A stretch of DNA of 37,460 bases from Armatimonadota bacterium (GCA_039679675.1 JBDKUN010000057.1:1-37460), one strand, 5' to 3'. Positions 12,226 through 21,998 are shown, counted from the first letter of the stretch. Notes: generated from the sequence alone by a model not told the origin. Numbers and translations are program-made.

Positions 12226-12445
12226 CGTTGTTTTCTGCAGGGGTCAATCCTCATCTACATTGTATCATGACAGCACCTTCATATACATTGAAATAACTGT
12301 AATAATATATGCACAAGCTATAATTTAGGGATAATATTCAATATGACGTATTTAATTAAGGCCGAGCCATTATTCTTAATGCGTACAATACCGAGCAAGC
12401 TGTATAATGGCTAAATAAAATGAGGAATGTGCTGCGGAGGGATCA

Positions 12446-15265
12446 ATGGCGTTAAAACTGAACGGCTCTTGGATATGGACCAGTGAGAAGACGGAAGATC
12501 GAAACGCGTTTGCGAGGTTCAGGAGGACTTTCGACTACAGCGGAGGGCCTGCCGTGATTCGGATTACGGCGGACTCGAGATATGTCCTTTATATAAACGG
12601 CGAGTACATCGGGCAGGGGCCGGTAAGGGAATGGCCCGCGCACTGGCGTTATGATGAATACGATATCGGACCGTATTTGAGACAGGGCGATAATGCCGTG
12701 GCAGTGCTCGTGAACAGTTTTGGCGAAGGAAATTTTCAGTATATTCCGGCTCCAAAGGGGCTTTTGGCGGAAATAGAGACTTCGGAAGGCATAATCGTCA
12801 CGGATTCCGAATGGCTTGCCATGCCGGACCCTTCATTCTTCTCGTCAGTCCCCAGGATCGACAGTCAGGAAGGGTTTGAGGAGCAGTTTGATGCCCGGTT
12901 TGACGACGGGTGGACAAAACCCAATTATAACGGTCAAAACTGGCCGAAAGCTGCCGAACTCAGGCCTGCAATAGATGGTTTTCATGGAGTTTTGGAAGAG
13001 CGGGAGATACCGTTCCTCACGCTGGAGCCGGTCCTGCCTAAGAGACTCGTCGAAAGTGACCTTGTGACATCAATACCATATATATTTACTGTATCTCCAA
13101 AGCCGTATATTGTGCCCGGTGATGTGTCGTCGAACATTATCTACGATCATGCATACCTGGCTACTCAAATATGGAGCCCGGCGGAGGCCGAGATCAAAGC
13201 TGTTTTCGTGTACAACGCGATGAGCCGCATCAAACTGAATGGTGTACTGCAGGAACAGGATATTTTGAAATTGAAATCCGGCTGGAACAGCCTGGTTATC
13301 AGAATAAACGGCGGCCACTGTCCGGAAATGATACTGTGCTTCGATGGGCCGGAGGGGCTCCGTTTCAGTTGCACCGGGAAGGAAAACGGCCCCGAATGGG
13401 CGGTAGTCGGGCCTTTCGGTCTGACGGACGTAGACCTGAGGAACATCAAATACGACATGGGCGACTCTTACATAGCCGTAAACCCTGCCGATCCAAGTTG
13501 TGAGACCGGGTTTGCCTTCTGGGAGAGCGGCGATGTCTCTTCAGTCGTCGAAAAACCTTTCTTCCAACCCATCGATGAGGCGCATCTGCCGCAGACCAAC
13601 GTCTTTTTCCAGGCGTACACGGACAAAACTGCGGATGGGAACGTCAAAATCGATGAGAAAGACTGCCTGATCTCAGGAAACGGGTGGACTACCATATATC
13701 CCGACCCGAATGGCAACGATGTCCGCATCCTTCTCGACTTCGGGAAAGAGGTCATCGGCCACCACAGGTTCGAGATCGTTGCAGAGGCCGGGACGATAGT
13801 CGATTTCTACAACTTCGAGTTCATCCAGCCGGACGGCCGTAAAAACCTGGCTGAGTGGATGAACAACAGCTTCCGCTACATCTGCCGGGATGGCCGCCAG
13901 GTGTATCAGACCAATCAGCGCCGGGGATTCCAGTACAGCTACGTGATATTCAGGAACATGAAGCAGCCTGTGAAGCTGAAAGGTATTCAGGTGCTCATGA
14001 GCACCTATCCGCAGACTGGGAGAGGCAGTTTCGCGTGTTCGGATTCGCTCCTCGACAGGATTTGGGAGGTAGGCGCGCATACGCTCAGGTGCTGCGCGGA
14101 AGACACTTACACGGATTGTCCCACATATGAGCAGACCAACTGGGTCGGCGATGCGAGAAACGAAGCCCTGATCGATTGGGTGATAAACGGTGATCCCAGA
14201 CTCTGGTACCGCTGCCTGGAACAGACCGGGCGAAGCCTTGAACGGTCGAAAATCACCGAATCGAACGTTCCGGCTGCGTGGATCAATATCCTGCCGGTGT
14301 GGAGCTTCCTCTGGATGAGATCCTGCCGGGAATATTTCCTGTTTACGGGAGACAAGCCGAAGAGCAGGAAGCTTCTCGACTACGTAAAGCAAAATATCGA
14401 TGGAATGTTGAGCTACATAGGCGAAAACGGGCTTATCAACATCCGGGGATGGAATATGTTCGACTGGGCTGCCATGGACACGCCTTCTATCGGCATTGTG
14501 ACCCACCTGAACTGCTTTGCGGCCCTTGCATTAAAGGACGGAGCGGAGCTTGCGGATATGCTCGGCACAAAAGACGGCGATGCCTGGCGCAATGAAGCCA
14601 AGAAACTCAGTAAAGCGATAAACACTTATCTTTGGAACGATGAAAAAGCCGCTTATACGGACTGCATGCGGGGAGATGTGCAGAGTTCCGTGTTCAGCCA
14701 GCAGACGCAGACAGCAGCTTACCTTTCGGGAGTGGCGGAAGGCGAACGAACCACCCGATGCCGGAATATCATGCACAATCCACCGGATGGATTCGTGAAA
14801 GCGGGAAGCCCGTTCTTCGAGTTTTTCCTGCTGGAAGCCTTTCAGGACGAAAACAGGGTGCAGGAGTTCCTCGATACCATACGGAAAGACTGGGGATTTA
14901 TGGTGGATATGGGCGCAACGACTTTCTGGGAGGCTTGGTCAGGAGTAGGACCGGACGGGCGGCTGACCCGGAGCCACTGCCACGGGTGGTCTGCCGCGCC
15001 GACGTATTTCCTATCGACTTATGTGCTGGGAGTAAGACCCGGCGGGCCGGGGTTCTCTCCGGCGATCATCGAACCTCATCCCGGCGACCTCACATGGTGC
15101 AGAGGGACTGTGCCGACGCCTCTTGGGGATGTGGAAGTCCAGTGGCAGAACGAAGCCGGTAAGCCCTTCGAGATCAACATAAACGCCCCAAAAGAGCTGG
15201 AACTGAAGGTAAACCTGCCGCGCGAGGGGAAGATTAGCATAAATGGGGTAGTGACCGGCGCGTAA
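12446..15265 (+). CDS. GH78-family alpha-L-rhamnosidase-like glycosidase
   Basis: ITADSRYVLYING N-domain, LDFGKE, TDCPTYEQTNWVGD, FDW, GATTFWEAW, SHCHGWSAAP; no signal peptide. Confidence 0.9.
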   Translation: MALKLNGSWIWTSEKTEDRNAFARFRRTFDYSGGPAVIRITADSRYVLYINGEYIGQGPVREWPAHWRYDEYDIGPYLRQGDNAVAVLVNSFGEGNFQYIPAPKGLLAEIETSEGIIVTDSEWLAMPDPSFFSSVPRIDSQEGFEEQFDARFDDGWTKPNYNGQNWPKAAELRPAIDGFHGVLEEREIPFLTLEPVLPKRLVESDLVTSIPYIFTVSPKPYIVPGDVSSNIIYDHAYLATQIWSPAEAEIKAVFVYNAMSRIKLNGVLQEQDILKLKSGWNSLVIRINGGHCPEMILCFDGPEGLRFSCTGKENGPEWAVVGPFGLTDVDLRNIKYDMGDSYIAVNPADPSCETGFAFWESGDVSSVVEKPFFQPIDEAHLPQTNVFFQAYTDKTADGNVKIDEKDCLISGNGWTTIYPDPNGNDVRILLDFGKEVIGHHRFEIVAEAGTIVDFYNFEFIQPDGRKNLAEWMNNSFRYICRDGRQVYQTNQRRGFQYSYVIFRNMKQPVKLKGIQVLMSTYPQTGRGSFACSDSLLDRIWEVGAHTLRCCAEDTYTDCPTYEQTNWVGDARNEALIDWVINGDPRLWYRCLEQTGRSLERSKITESNVPAAWINILPVWSFLWMRSCREYFLFTGDKPKSRKLLDYVKQNIDGMLSYIGENGLINIRGWNMFDWAAMDTPSIGIVTHLNCFAALALKDGAELADMLGTKDGDAWRNEAKKLSKAINTYLWNDEKAAYTDCMRGDVQSSVFSQQTQTAAYLSGVAEGERTTRCRNIMHNPPDGFVKAGSPFFEFFLLEAFQDENRVQEFLDTIRKDWGFMVDMGATTFWEAWSGVGPDGRLTRSHCHGWSAAPTYFLSTYVLGVRPGGPGFSPAIIEPHPGDLTWCRGTVPTPLGDVEVQWQNEAGKPFEININAPKELELKVNLPREGKISINGVVTGA

Positions 15266-15298
15266 TTTGCGCTGAAATATAAGAATAGGAGTATTTCA

Positions 15299-15835
15299 AT
15301 GAAGGTAATCGGTATTCTTTGCAGCCCAAGAAGAGGCGCGAACTCTGATACGATGGTAGCCGCCGCGCTTGCCGGTGCAGCCGAAAAAGGTGCGGAGACA
15401 AAGACTTTTGCTATAAACGATATGAGCATTAAGGGGTGCCAGGCATGCATGTACTGCCGCACGCACGATGGATGCGCGGTGCAGGATGATATGCAGAAAA
15501 TACATGCGGAGCTTGCCACAGCCGATGCTGTCGTAATAGGTGCGCCTGTTTACATGTGGCAGTTCTCGGCCCAGGCAAAGATCTTCCTGGACAGACTTTA
15601 CGCATACCTGAACCCGGATTTCACTTTCAAAATGCAGAAACCGACGCTTCTTCTAGTGAGCCAGGGGAACGATAACCCGGAAATGTTCATGGACTCGCTG
15701 AAGAAGACGGGCTTTATCGGCCTTTCCATCGAGGAAATGATAGTCGCCGCCAACGCGAAGGAAAAAGAATTTGTTAGCAATCAGCCGGAGCTGCTGGCGC
15801 AGATCAAGCAGGCCGGAGCGCGGCTGGTCGGGTAG
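15299..15835 (+). CDS. Iron-sulfur flavoprotein / NADPH-dependent FMN reductase family
   Basis: SPRRGANS, CQACMYC...C cluster motif, GAPVYMW, KIFLDR. Confidence 0.88.
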   Translation: MKVIGILCSPRRGANSDTMVAAALAGAAEKGAETKTFAINDMSIKGCQACMYCRTHDGCAVQDDMQKIHAELATADAVVIGAPVYMWQFSAQAKIFLDRLYAYLNPDFTFKMQKPTLLLVSQGNDNPEMFMDSLKKTGFIGLSIEEMIVAANAKEKEFVSNQPELLAQIKQAGARLVG

Positions 15836-15842
15836 TCCGATT

Positions 15843-16361
15843 ATGGATAGCTCCATTCTTCTTAAAACGCAGAGGTTGACCCTCCGCAGGTTTATTCAGA
15901 ATGACCTTGATGAGCTATTCTTCCAGCTCTCAGACCCGGATGTGATGCGATATTATCCTGCGACACTTTCCAGAGAAGAGTGTGAAAAGTGGCTCGAAGG
16001 AATCCTGAGAGACTATCAGACCAACGGTTTTGGGATGCTTGCAGTGCATATGATGGATACAGGGGAATATGTTGGGCAGGCAGGCGTTATGCGGAGGCAA
16101 AAAGATGGAGGCGAGCACTACTACCTCTCATACCTGATGTGCAGGAAGTTTTGGGGACAGGGGTATGCGATCGAGGCTGCGCGTGCGATTATGGACTATA
16201 GTTTCCGAACTCTTAATGTCCCAAAGATCGAAGCATTGATCATGCCCGACAACAAACGATCTATTCGACTCGTGGAAAAGCTTGGCATGAAGCGAGAATC
16301 CTCTATCGAACACAACGGCAGTGAGCATTACATATATGCCCTCACACAGCAGCAATACTGA
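15843..16361 (+). CDS. GNAT (RimJ/RimL-type) N-acetyltransferase
   Basis: TQRLTLR, FWGQGYAIEAA, NKRSIRLVEKLGM. Start placed at ATG 15843. Confidence 0.88.
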   Translation: MDSSILLKTQRLTLRRFIQNDLDELFFQLSDPDVMRYYPATLSREECEKWLEGILRDYQTNGFGMLAVHMMDTGEYVGQAGVMRRQKDGGEHYYLSYLMCRKFWGQGYAIEAARAIMDYSFRTLNVPKIEALIMPDNKRSIRLVEKLGMKRESSIEHNGSEHYIYALTQQQY

Positions 16362-16487
16362 TAGACCGGGGGATCCTGCCCCGCCTTTTATTTCATGTGG
16401 ATGGGTTCCCAAGTCCATTAAGCTTCTACCAAATTTCCCAGATCCTGAGTTTTTCCCTACTCATTACCCATAACTCTTCCTCAATTG

Positions 16488-16516
16488 TTGACAATTTCAA
16501 TTTATGGGGGTAGAAT
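16488..16516 (+). promoter_or_regulatory. sigma70 promoter of the OsmC-family gene
   Basis: TTGACA-N17-TAGAAT. Confidence 0.75.
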
Positions 16517-16529
16517 TGAACTATGATAC

Positions 16530-16547
16530 TATACCCTGTAGGGTATA
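16530..16547. promoter_or_regulatory. Palindromic operator, CsoR/CstR/RcnR-like
   Basis: TATACCCT-GT-AGGGTATA between the -10 element and the RBS (AGGAGG). Confidence 0.65.
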
Positions 16548-16560
16548 TAGGAGGAAGCAA

Positions 16561-16974
16561 ATGGATATGACGCTCAACTATACCGGCGGGATGCAGTTCA
16601 TCGCAAAAACCGGAAATCATGAGATCACAATCGATCTACCACCTACTTATAACGGCCAGGACACCGGCCCGGCGCCAGGAGACCTGTTCGCTGCTGCGCT
16701 CGGCTCTTGTGTGGGGATGTACACCCTGATGTATCTGAAAGGCCAGAGCCTGCCAACCGAAGGGCTGAGAATCGATGTAGATTGGGAAGAGAAGTCTTCT
16801 CCGGCTCGAATCGACAGCCTGCATGTAAATATCTCTCTGCCGGATGGTATTACACCGGAGCAGGCGCGCAAGGCTCTCAAATTTGCCGAGGCCTGCAAAA
16901 TCCACAACACCCTGATACACAAGCCGGAGGTTTGCGTGTCCATCGCCGAGAAACCGGAGGCATGCCTGCCTTGA
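16561..16974 (+). CDS. OsmC/YhfA-family protein
   Basis: DTGPAPGDLFAAALGSC and ACKIHNTL Cys pair; RBS AGGAGG. Confidence 0.88.
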   Translation: MDMTLNYTGGMQFIAKTGNHEITIDLPPTYNGQDTGPAPGDLFAAALGSCVGMYTLMYLKGQSLPTEGLRIDVDWEEKSSPARIDSLHVNISLPDGITPEQARKALKFAEACKIHNTLIHKPEVCVSIAEKPEACLP

Positions 16975-16999
16975 ACGGGCTCTGCTTTGGGTGTATAAT
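16971..16999 (+). promoter_or_regulatory. sigma70 promoter of the prs-PHP-yjbQ-argB operon
   Basis: TTGAAC-N17-TATAAT. Confidence 0.65.
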
Positions 17000-17026
17000 T
17001 AACTTAAGATTTTAATGGCTGAATTT

Positions 17027-17071
17027 GCACAAATCCAACTCGAATTGCTCTTCTTGAAGTTGGATTTGTGC
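17027..17071 (+). promoter_or_regulatory. 14-bp perfect hairpin in the prs leader
   Basis: GCACAAATCCAACT-N17-AGTTGGATTTGTGC just upstream of the RBS GGAGG. Confidence 0.5.
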
Positions 17072-17090
17072 TGTTTATGGAGGCAGGCGG

Positions 17091-18029
17091 ATGAAGAATA
17101 CATTGAAACTTTTCGCGGGGACGGCCAACCGCCCTCTTGCCGAAAAGATTTCCGAGTATTTGGGTTCTCCGCTCGGAGACCTGACGATTTCCAGGTTCAC
17201 TGACGGAGAGTGCTATGTCAAGTTCAAGGAGAGCGTCCGCGGAGTCGATGCATTCGTCATCCAGCCCACATGCCCGCCTGTCGATACCAACCTGGTAGAG
17301 CTTTTGATCCTGGTAGATGCCCTCAGGAGAGCTTCCGCCGCAAGCGTCACTGCCGTCGTCCCGTATTACGGCTACGCCCGGCAGGAGAAAAAGGACGCTC
17401 CGCGTGAGCCGATCACAGCGAAGCTCATTGCGGACATCCTTACCGCAGCCGGGGCCAACCGCATCGTTACCATGGACCTGCACGCAAGCGCGATCCAGGG
17501 GTTTTTCAATATCCCAGTCGATCATCTGACCGCCGTTCCGGCGATAGCTAACTATTTTAAAGAGAAAAAACTCGATAACACAGTAATTGTCTCCACGGAT
17601 GAAGGCCGGGTGAAGACGGTGCGCCAGGTATCGAGCAGGTTGAAGGCCCCGATTGCCGTCGGCTACAAGTTCCACCCTGAACATCAGCAGACCGAGATGA
17701 CCCACTTAGCGGGCGACGTCAAGGGCAAGACCCCGATCATAGTAGAGGACATAATAACCACAGGCGGGAGCATCACAGAGTGCGTGGACGCGCTTCTGGC
17801 CCACGGCTGCAACCCGGAAATATACATTGCGGCTACGCACGGCGTGCTGACCGGCCCTGCGTTCGAGCGGTTGAGCCGGCCAGAGATAAAGGAAGTCGTC
17901 ATTACCGACACTCTGCCCAAACCGGAAGGTAAGCTCGATTCGCTGAAAGTGCTTTCCGTAGCACCTCTCTTCGCCGAGGTGATCCGCAGAGTCCACGAAG
18001 ACGAGTCGATAACGTCGTTATTCTATTAA
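17091..18029 (+). CDS. prs: Ribose-phosphate pyrophosphokinase (divergent C-domain motifs)
   Basis: RFTDGECYV, ESVRG, PYYGYARQEKK, MDLHASAIQGFF, ATHGVL. Confidence 0.9.
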   Translation: MKNTLKLFAGTANRPLAEKISEYLGSPLGDLTISRFTDGECYVKFKESVRGVDAFVIQPTCPPVDTNLVELLILVDALRRASAASVTAVVPYYGYARQEKKDAPREPITAKLIADILTAAGANRIVTMDLHASAIQGFFNIPVDHLTAVPAIANYFKEKKLDNTVIVSTDEGRVKTVRQVSSRLKAPIAVGYKFHPEHQQTEMTHLAGDVKGKTPIIVEDIITTGGSITECVDALLAHGCNPEIYIAATHGVLTGPAFERLSRPEIKEVVITDTLPKPEGKLDSLKVLSVAPLFAEVIRRVHEDESITSLFY

Positions 18030-18045
18030 AAGCGAGGATACGCCC

Positions 18046-18714
18046 CTGCTGTACGATTTTCACACCCATACGTTCTTGTCAGACGGCGAACTGCTTCCAA
18101 TGGAGCTTATCCGCAGGTGCGTCGTCAAGGGCTACACTGCGCTCGGAATATCCGATCACGTCAGCTTCTCTACAGTCGAGAGAGTGATCTCCGAGGCAAA
18201 GCGTGACGCGGAATCGGGAAACCGGCACTGGGGGATAGATGTACTGGTCGGCGCTGAACTCACGCACGTTCCGGCAGCCGCGATAGCCGATGCCGCAAGC
18301 CATGCGCTTGCATCCGGCGCTCAGTACGTCGTGGTCCACGGCGAGACGGTAGCCGAGCCGGTGGAGCCCGGCACCAATCATGCGGCCATAATCTCCGGCA
18401 AGGTCGATATTCTTGCCCACCCCGGGCTTATCACGCTTGAAGACGCCAGACTGGCTGCCGGGCATGATGTATTCCTTGAAATCACCTGCAGGCGCGGCCA
18501 TTCTCTCACTAACGGCAGGGTCGTGCGCCTTGGGCGGGAGGCAGGCGCTAAATTCCTCATAAATACGGACGCACACGCCCCAGAAGACCTTCTGACGGAA
18601 GATTTTGCCGCCGCGGTCGCGCGCGGAGCGGGACTGACTGATGAAGAGGTCGATGAGACGCTCTACCAAAACCCGAAACTCCTGCTGAAACGAATAAAAA
18701 GCAGGGGCAGGTAG
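18046..18714 (+). CDS. PHP-domain protein (histidinol-phosphatase-like); probable CTG start
   Basis: In-frame YDFHTHTFLSDGE lies upstream of the track start. ISDH, GAELTH, VVHGET, ILAHPG and NTDAH are metal-ligand motifs. RBS GAGGA is 7 nt before CTG 18046. Confidence 0.85.
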   Translation: MLYDFHTHTFLSDGELLPMELIRRCVVKGYTALGISDHVSFSTVERVISEAKRDAESGNRHWGIDVLVGAELTHVPAAAIADAASHALASGAQYVVVHGETVAEPVEPGTNHAAIISGKVDILAHPGLITLEDARLAAGHDVFLEITCRRGHSLTNGRVVRLGREAGAKFLINTDAHAPEDLLTEDFAAAVARGAGLTDEEVDETLYQNPKLLLKRIKSRGR

Positions 18715-18724
18715 GAGGTACACA

Positions 18725-19111
18725 GTGACAGGTTTTACCGTGAAGACGAGCAGGCGGGTCGAGTTCATCGACATAACCGATCAGGTCGCTCAGGCTATCC
18801 GTGAGTCTGGAGTGACCGGCGGTGTCGCCACGGTCTTTGTTCCCCACACCACTGCGGGAGTCACCATCAACGAAAACGCCGATCCGAGTGTCGTCCGCGA
18901 CATACTGGCCGCGCTCGACCGGCTGGTTCCGGCTGACGGCGACTATACACACAGCGAAGGCAACTCCGACGCTCATATCAAATCGAGCATGATGGGGTTT
19001 TCGCTCCAGATAATAGTCGAAAACGGCCGCCCAGCGCTCGGCACATGGCAGGGGATATATTTTACCGAATTCGACGGCCCTAGAAGCCGCAAAGTATGGG
19101 TGAAGTTATGA
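18725..19111 (+). CDS. YjbQ/UPF0047 family protein
   Basis: PHTTAGVTINENADP, HSEGNSDAHIKS, LGTWQGIYFTEFDGPR. Confidence 0.92.
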   Translation: MTGFTVKTSRRVEFIDITDQVAQAIRESGVTGGVATVFVPHTTAGVTINENADPSVVRDILAALDRLVPADGDYTHSEGNSDAHIKSSMMGFSLQIIVENGRPALGTWQGIYFTEFDGPRSRKVWVKL

Positions 19112-19965
19112 ATTATACATCCGAACAGGCCGATATTCTGGTCAAGGCGCTACCCTACATACAGCACTATTACGGCAAGACCATTGTCATCAAATACGGC
19201 GGGAACGCCATGATCGACGATAACCTCAAAGTCTCCGTGCTGAGGGACATCGTCCTGCTCCGGTTCGTCGGGATGAACCCGATTCTGGTCCACGGCGGCG
19301 GCCCAGAGATCAACCGGATGCTGAAACGGATCGGCAAGGAGCCTGAGTTCATCGGTGGGCTCCGCGTAACGGACGAGGAGACTATGGAAATAGTCGAAAT
19401 GGTGCTTGCCGGTAAGTCGAACAAGGGTATTGTCTCGATAATCAACACGCTGGACGGCAAGGCGGTCGGACTGTCCGGCAAGGATGCGAACCTTATCGAG
19501 GCCGAACGTGCCGGAGGCGGCCTGGGGCTGGTCGGAAACATCAAAAAGATCAATCCCGATATTTTGAAGACGCTTGTTGAGGAAGGCTACATCCCGGTAA
19601 TCTCATCCGTAGCCATCGGGCCGAACGGAGAGAGCCTGAACGTAAATGCGGACCACATTGCAGGCGCAATTGCCGCAGCGGTCGGTGCGACCAAGCTGAT
19701 AGTTCTGACGGATGTGACCGGAATACTCGAAGACAAAGACGACCCATCTACGCTTCGCTCCTCGCTGACCTCGAAAGAGGCAAAAGATATGATCAGCTCC
19801 GGCAAGATCGACCGGGGGATGATACCGAAGGTCGAAGCGTGCATTACGGCGCTTAACGGAGGCGTCGAGCGCGCCCATATCATCGACGGAACGCTCCGGC
19901 ACTCCCTTCTGATGGAGATATTCACCGATACCGGCATCGGTACAATGCTCGAAGAAGTGCAGTAA
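19108..19965 (+). CDS. argB: Acetylglutamate kinase
   Basis: ALPYI, VIKYGGNAM, VHGGGPEI, GLRVTD, NVNAD, GMIPKV, EIFTDTGIGT. Confidence 0.96.
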   Translation: MNYTSEQADILVKALPYIQHYYGKTIVIKYGGNAMIDDNLKVSVLRDIVLLRFVGMNPILVHGGGPEINRMLKRIGKEPEFIGGLRVTDEETMEIVEMVLAGKSNKGIVSIINTLDGKAVGLSGKDANLIEAERAGGGLGLVGNIKKINPDILKTLVEEGYIPVISSVAIGPNGESLNVNADHIAGAIAAAVGATKLIVLTDVTGILEDKDDPSTLRSSLTSKEAKDMISSGKIDRGMIPKVEACITALNGGVERAHIIDGTLRHSLLMEIFTDTGIGTMLEEVQ

Positions 19966-20105
19966 CCGACGTTTTTCTCGTGTGTTTCGGCTCCGCCGTT
20001 CAGCCCAACCCCGGATGATGCCACAGCCGATAAACTTCGCCGGTAGCGAGGCATCTTCTATTAAAAACTAACGGCTCCCTACTGTGAACTTTGCTTGCGC
20101 TGTGA

Positions 20106-20127
20106 TACAATCGTTAAAACGGTTTAA
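20106..20127 (+). promoter_or_regulatory. Extended -10 element plus LacI-type operator upstream of GH20
   Basis: TGA-TACAAT, then TTAAAACGGTTTAA (AAAnCGnTTT core) at 20114-20127. Confidence 0.5.
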
Positions 20128-20162
20128 TGCTGTCTATTGAGTTTATTCATAGGAGGAAATGA

Positions 20163-21998
20163 ATGTCTGGTGCAAAAGACCTTTACTTAGCACCCGTACC
20201 AAAGAAGCTGTCAGCCAAACAGGGCGAGTTCGATACGAAAGGCAAGAACTACATACAGCTCGTTGCCGATGATACGCAGTCGATCATCCCCGCTGCTCTT
20301 AAAACTGAGCTTGAGTGGGAGATAACCGCAAGCCCGAAAGCTCCCAAAGATGAAGTCGGACTCGTTATAAAGCTCGATTACGGAGCGGATATCCAGGCGG
20401 AAGGTTACAAACTTACCGTCAAGCCGGATGTGATCGAAATACTTGCGTCCACACCGGCAGGCGCGTTTTACGGAGCATGCACGCTTGCACAGATACTAAG
20501 GCAGTGCGACGGGCAGATCCCATGCCTTACAATAAACGACTGGCCGGACTACCCGGACAGAGGTGTCATGCTGGACATCAGCCGTGACAAGGTCCCGAAC
20601 ATGGAGACCCTCTATCACCTGGTGGACCTCATGGCCGACTGGAAGATAAACCAGTTCCAGCTCTACACCGAGCACACATTTGCCTATCTTGCCCATGAAA
20701 AGGTCTGGGAGCATGCAAGCCCGATGACCGGCGAGGAAATTTTGGCGCTTGACGCTTACTGCAAGAGCCAGTTCATCGAGCTGGTGCCTAATCAGAACTC
20801 GTTCGGGCACATGGACCGGTGGCTGAAGCACGATGAATACCTTCCGATGGCCGAAGCGCCGAACGGCTGCGACACCGAATGGGGGCATTTCGACTATCCG
20901 TTCAGCCTCTGCCCAGGCGACAAGCGGAGCCTGCCGTTCATCAAAGGGCTCTTCGATGAACTCCTTCCGCATTTTTCAAGCTCGCTCTTCAACGTCGGCT
21001 GCGACGAGACGGTCGACCTCGGCAGAGACAGAAGCGAGAAAGTTTGCGAGGAAAAAGGCAGAGGCCGCGTATATCTCGATTTCCTGCTTGAGATCCACAA
21101 GTTTGTAAAAGAGCATGGCCGCACCATGATGTTCTGGGGTGACATTGTCCTGCGCCATCCGGAGCTGATCCCGGAGATTCCGAAGGATATAATAGCTCTC
21201 GAATGGGGTTATGAGAATGGCCGTGACTGGAAAGGAAACTGCGAGAAGTTTGCGGCTGCAGGTCTTCCTTTCTATGTCTGCCCGGGCACATCCTCCTGGA
21301 ACGCGCTCGTCGGACGAGGTGAGAACGCTATCGGCAACATCGTCGGAGGCGCAAGAGAAGGCCTGAAACATGGGGCAACCGGCCTTTTGAACACCGAATG
21401 GGGCGATAACGGCCACTGGCAGCCGCTGGCTACAACTTATCTCGGCCTTATGGTCGGAGCGATGGCCTCCTGGAACACAAATGCCGATGTAAAAGACGGT
21501 TTGGCAGAAACCTACTCACTTCATGCGTTCGGAGACAGGACCGGCGTCACAGGCAAGGCATGGTATGACCTTTCGGACATCTACCTGATGTTCAAGAAGA
21601 AGACAGGCAACAATTCGGTCCCATGGCAGATGCTCTTCAGGCCGATAGACGATAAGTCGGTCATCGAAGGTATCGAGATGAGCGAGCTCGAAGAGATGGA
21701 AAAGCGGATCAACGAGATCGATGAGGGCTTCTTCCGCGACAAGATGACCTTTGAGGACGCTGATATTGTCTGCAAAGAGTTCGAATATGCGATTTCCATG
21801 CTTCAGCTTTCCGTAGATGTGGGAAAGATGAGGCTGGGCGCCGCGAAACCGAAGAATTTTGCCGCGAAAGTGAAGGCATTAAAGGAGAAGCACGACGATG
21901 TATGGCTCCTCCGCAACCGTCCCGGCGGCATGGAAGACAGCGCCAATAAGCTGAAACTGGAGAAGCGCAAGTCCGGCAACACTTACGAGTTCGTCTGA
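20163..21998 (+). CDS. GH20-family beta-N-acetylhexosaminidase-like glycosidase
   Basis: DWPDYPDRGVMLDISR, catalytic NVGCDET, MFWGD, NTEWGDNGH; no signal peptide. Confidence 0.9.
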   Translation: MSGAKDLYLAPVPKKLSAKQGEFDTKGKNYIQLVADDTQSIIPAALKTELEWEITASPKAPKDEVGLVIKLDYGADIQAEGYKLTVKPDVIEILASTPAGAFYGACTLAQILRQCDGQIPCLTINDWPDYPDRGVMLDISRDKVPNMETLYHLVDLMADWKINQFQLYTEHTFAYLAHEKVWEHASPMTGEEILALDAYCKSQFIELVPNQNSFGHMDRWLKHDEYLPMAEAPNGCDTEWGHFDYPFSLCPGDKRSLPFIKGLFDELLPHFSSSLFNVGCDETVDLGRDRSEKVCEEKGRGRVYLDFLLEIHKFVKEHGRTMMFWGDIVLRHPELIPEIPKDIIALEWGYENGRDWKGNCEKFAAAGLPFYVCPGTSSWNALVGRGENAIGNIVGGAREGLKHGATGLLNTEWGDNGHWQPLATTYLGLMVGAMASWNTNADVKDGLAETYSLHAFGDRTGVTGKAWYDLSDIYLMFKKKTGNNSVPWQMLFRPIDDKSVIEGIEMSELEEMEKRINEIDEGFFRDKMTFEDADIVCKEFEYAISMLQLSVDVGKMRLGAAKPKNFAAKVKALKEKHDDVWLLRNRPGGMEDSANKLKLEKRKSGNTYEFV

